A stretch of 64,000 bases of DNA, taken from contig CM120644.1 of assembly GCA_051362555.1 (NCBI GenBank), positions 24,822,534 to 24,886,533 on the forward strand. Direction: 5' to 3'. Under the pieces are notes generated by a model that worked only from the letters and a program-made list of their open reading frames with translations, ran no database searches and had not been told where the DNA came from. Positions 61,504 through 64,000 of the stretch are shown here, in pieces (positions within the stretch are counted from its first letter, which is position 1; each line of letters opens with the position of its first letter). Source of the DNA: Lingula anatina (taxonomy: Eukaryota > Animalia > Brachiopoda). A program made the translations under genes and the position numbers.

Positions 61504-62205
61504 GGTATAGCCGCCCGGAGTGGGCACAGCGCCCAGCCCCCTACAAGCCGACCGCCCCGCTCTACTGATGACAAAGCCGTTGCACACGCTTTGTATATCA
61601 TTTAATAAGTTATCTATACCACTTCAAAGTTGTCACCCGATCGACACATCCCAATCAGGTGATGTTGTCAATAACCAGGACGATATCAAAGTCTAGAGCC
61701 TGTACTAGCTGAGTGCTTGACATATCACTGATACATGTGAGGACCTGGGACTATAGTGTTGTAGGTTTAATAATAGTTATTGGAATACTGGTAAATCTCC
61801 TGATGTTATACATGCAGTGCCGTAGCTTTCTACACAAGAATAGACTTTTTAAATCTGTGTATGAGCAATAAGATAGAGAGACGTCGACGTAATGCAACCT
61901 TTTTTTACATAGAGTGAAAGGGATGGTGAGGGCGTTGGGATAAATTAAACTTGGTCGAAATAAAGATTGAAGTCCCTAGCTTCTATACACCGAGCCACTG
62001 TTATGATACATGCATTAACGCCCCCCCCCCTCTCCCCCACTAGACACCGACAGCCCCGCTCTCCTGCTGCCAAGGCCGTTGTGTACGTGTATATATCGTT
62101 TAGTAGGTTATCTGATATCTGATAGATGTAAAGCTGTCACCAATCAACACACCACAATCAGGTGATGTTGTCAATAACCAGCTGGCAGGACGGTATCAAA
62201 GTCTA

Positions 62206-62460
62206 TCAACAATCATGTACAAGCCGCACAGCAATAGTACTACTGCCTGTCATTAACGCCCTGAATGCCCTGTACGAATTACCGTACCCTGCGTTCTTTA
62301 TCTGACCAGTATGTTTCAATCTGACATATACGGGCTTGTTGTTGTGGCTGAGACTATGGTAATGGAAGGCGTAGACCCCTGAGGTCGGGGAGGTGAATCG
62401 TGTCTTTATTGAAATCGTTGCCACTGTTCAGAAAGACGGTGTCGTTATACCTTTTCCCGG
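62206..62460 (-). pseudogene. C1q-domain gene fragment
   Basis: YNDTVFLNSGNDFN, frameshift, then RFTSPTSGVYAFHYH...VYVRLKH.G...GSSTIAVRL, matching the gC1q pattern FTAP.SGVY.F. Truncated at a TRIM upstream module at ~62205. Confidence 0.7.
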
Positions 62461-64000
62461 CTGATCAACTTCATTTAATCTTTCTTAAAATCTAGTTAAC
62501 ATGGAAAGGGAGATTTGAATAAACTTTATCTGCATAAAATTAATCTTCCTCGTCAAATATCGTTAATGTTAGAGTGTTATCTACATAAGAGCTAATACTG
62601 TAGGGTCTTTTTAACCGATGCGCCAATGTCAGCTTGTAATGAAAGCCTTCTATAGAATGAAAAAAAAAATAGCCGAAATATTTCCCTGTTCGTGTCAGAT
62701 GTACGTACGGTCACACAAGGAAACCTAAGGACAGCTAATGTTTATTTGTTGACTCTCCCAACTGTAAGATCCACGTGAAACCTCCAATGTCGTAACCCTC
62801 TCCCTTATTAGTAGGCTTGTTAAGGACCAAAAATTGGCCAAACGCTGCATTTTGTATAATTTTGCATCATAAAACGTAAAACGTTTACATGAAAATGAAA
62901 GATTGAAAAGATAAACTATTTTTTATACTTGGCACGAATGTTCCTTGGGTCAAAAGATTTTTATCCAAAGAGACACGCTCTATCGATGCATAAATTAGCA
63001 AAATATATAATATTCCATATTTCCATTAACGTCTTCACCTTCGTTTGCATACGTCTTGAAGTCAAATTAGTCCAAAAATATGTTATATAACAGTTTTTAA
63101 ATGGTTTTGCCAGACATAGATTAAGTAAGAGACCAGCATGGCTGATTTGACTTTATGGTGACTATTGTTAGCTATTCTTTTGTTCAAATCCAAGAGCCTG
63201 TCGCTTTTTTAAAATTATGGCATAATTTACCTTTTTGAGCTGTTGGACTTTCATAAGATCGTAATACATCAATTGTTACTATTTTGGAAGTACATAATTA
63301 ATTTCTAGTGTTGTTCTGGTGACAGAGGATAGTAAAAAAAAGTGTTTTAAGACTATTCCAAGATGAATTTTCCTGTAGTTGTCATATGCTGTCGATGTTT
63401 TGCATGTTCGTCCATTGGAAACAATGAAAACTATATGTAGTCGCCTTGAGGATTCCTATTGGTAGTGAGATGACTTGTCTGGCCAAATTGTGCTAGGAAG
63501 GATCACTGGCACTGTCAACTAGAAAAGGAGGCTGCTTCCAGGACTTTGTTTGCATTATCCCTCTTGTCTACCTGCACAGCTGCTGCTTTCTAGTTGGTTT
63601 TGCAGATTCTTCTTCTGTGTAAAGATACCACTTTCCTCTTATGCGACTACTTGTTCCGATGCATTGATGTTTCTCTGGAAACACCTCATAGGACACTGAC
63701 CAAAGATCAATTCTTACTGGCTGTTGTCTTATTGGCCTACCAGAGCTGATTATTTATGTTTCTTTTTGCTGTGCTGCTGGATGATTTTTCAGACAAGATC
63801 TGGAGCTATTTCAAAGCAAAGTCCATTTAGGGGCATTTACTCATCAACACAACTAACCAAGTTCCATAGTATTATAAGACGACACATTTTTCACCCTTCA
63901 AATCTTCTGGTAACACGCAAATGCAAGCCCCAGTGACTGGGACATAAATGTGCATGTGGTTCTTTGGTTCCCATTGACCAGTAAAAGATTAATAATTTAA

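Noticed and set aside
63300-64000. Possible degenerate transposase at the window end
   Set aside because: Coding-like composition but many stops and no motif I can identify.

Overview
AT-rich animal genomic DNA, probably a marine invertebrate (taxon cannot be fixed from sequence); not prokaryotic. The window is dominated by a tandem array of five intronless, same-strand (minus) TRIM-NHL genes (RING, two B-boxes, coiled coil, NHL propeller). Copy 1 has a 1-bp frameshift. The copies have near-identical scaffolds but vary strongly at the predicted ligand-binding face of the propeller. Interspersed are a three-exon secreted olfactomedin gene (reconstructed here across a ~20.6 kb intron), a spliced GuaD-like zinc deaminase missed by the ORF track, a C1q-domain relic and a tRNA-Ala(TGC) gene or pseudogene. 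The olfactomedin intron holds nested mobile elements: a CACTA/EnSpm transposon containing an L1/Tx1 LINE and two MITEs, plus a TTAA-flanked element. Elsewhere are an internally deleted BEL/Pao element, a Kolobok-like element, a tandem Helentron-like dimer and an amplified TRIM promoter module. An immune role for the locus is inference only. All alignments were done by eye, so some boundaries are approximate.
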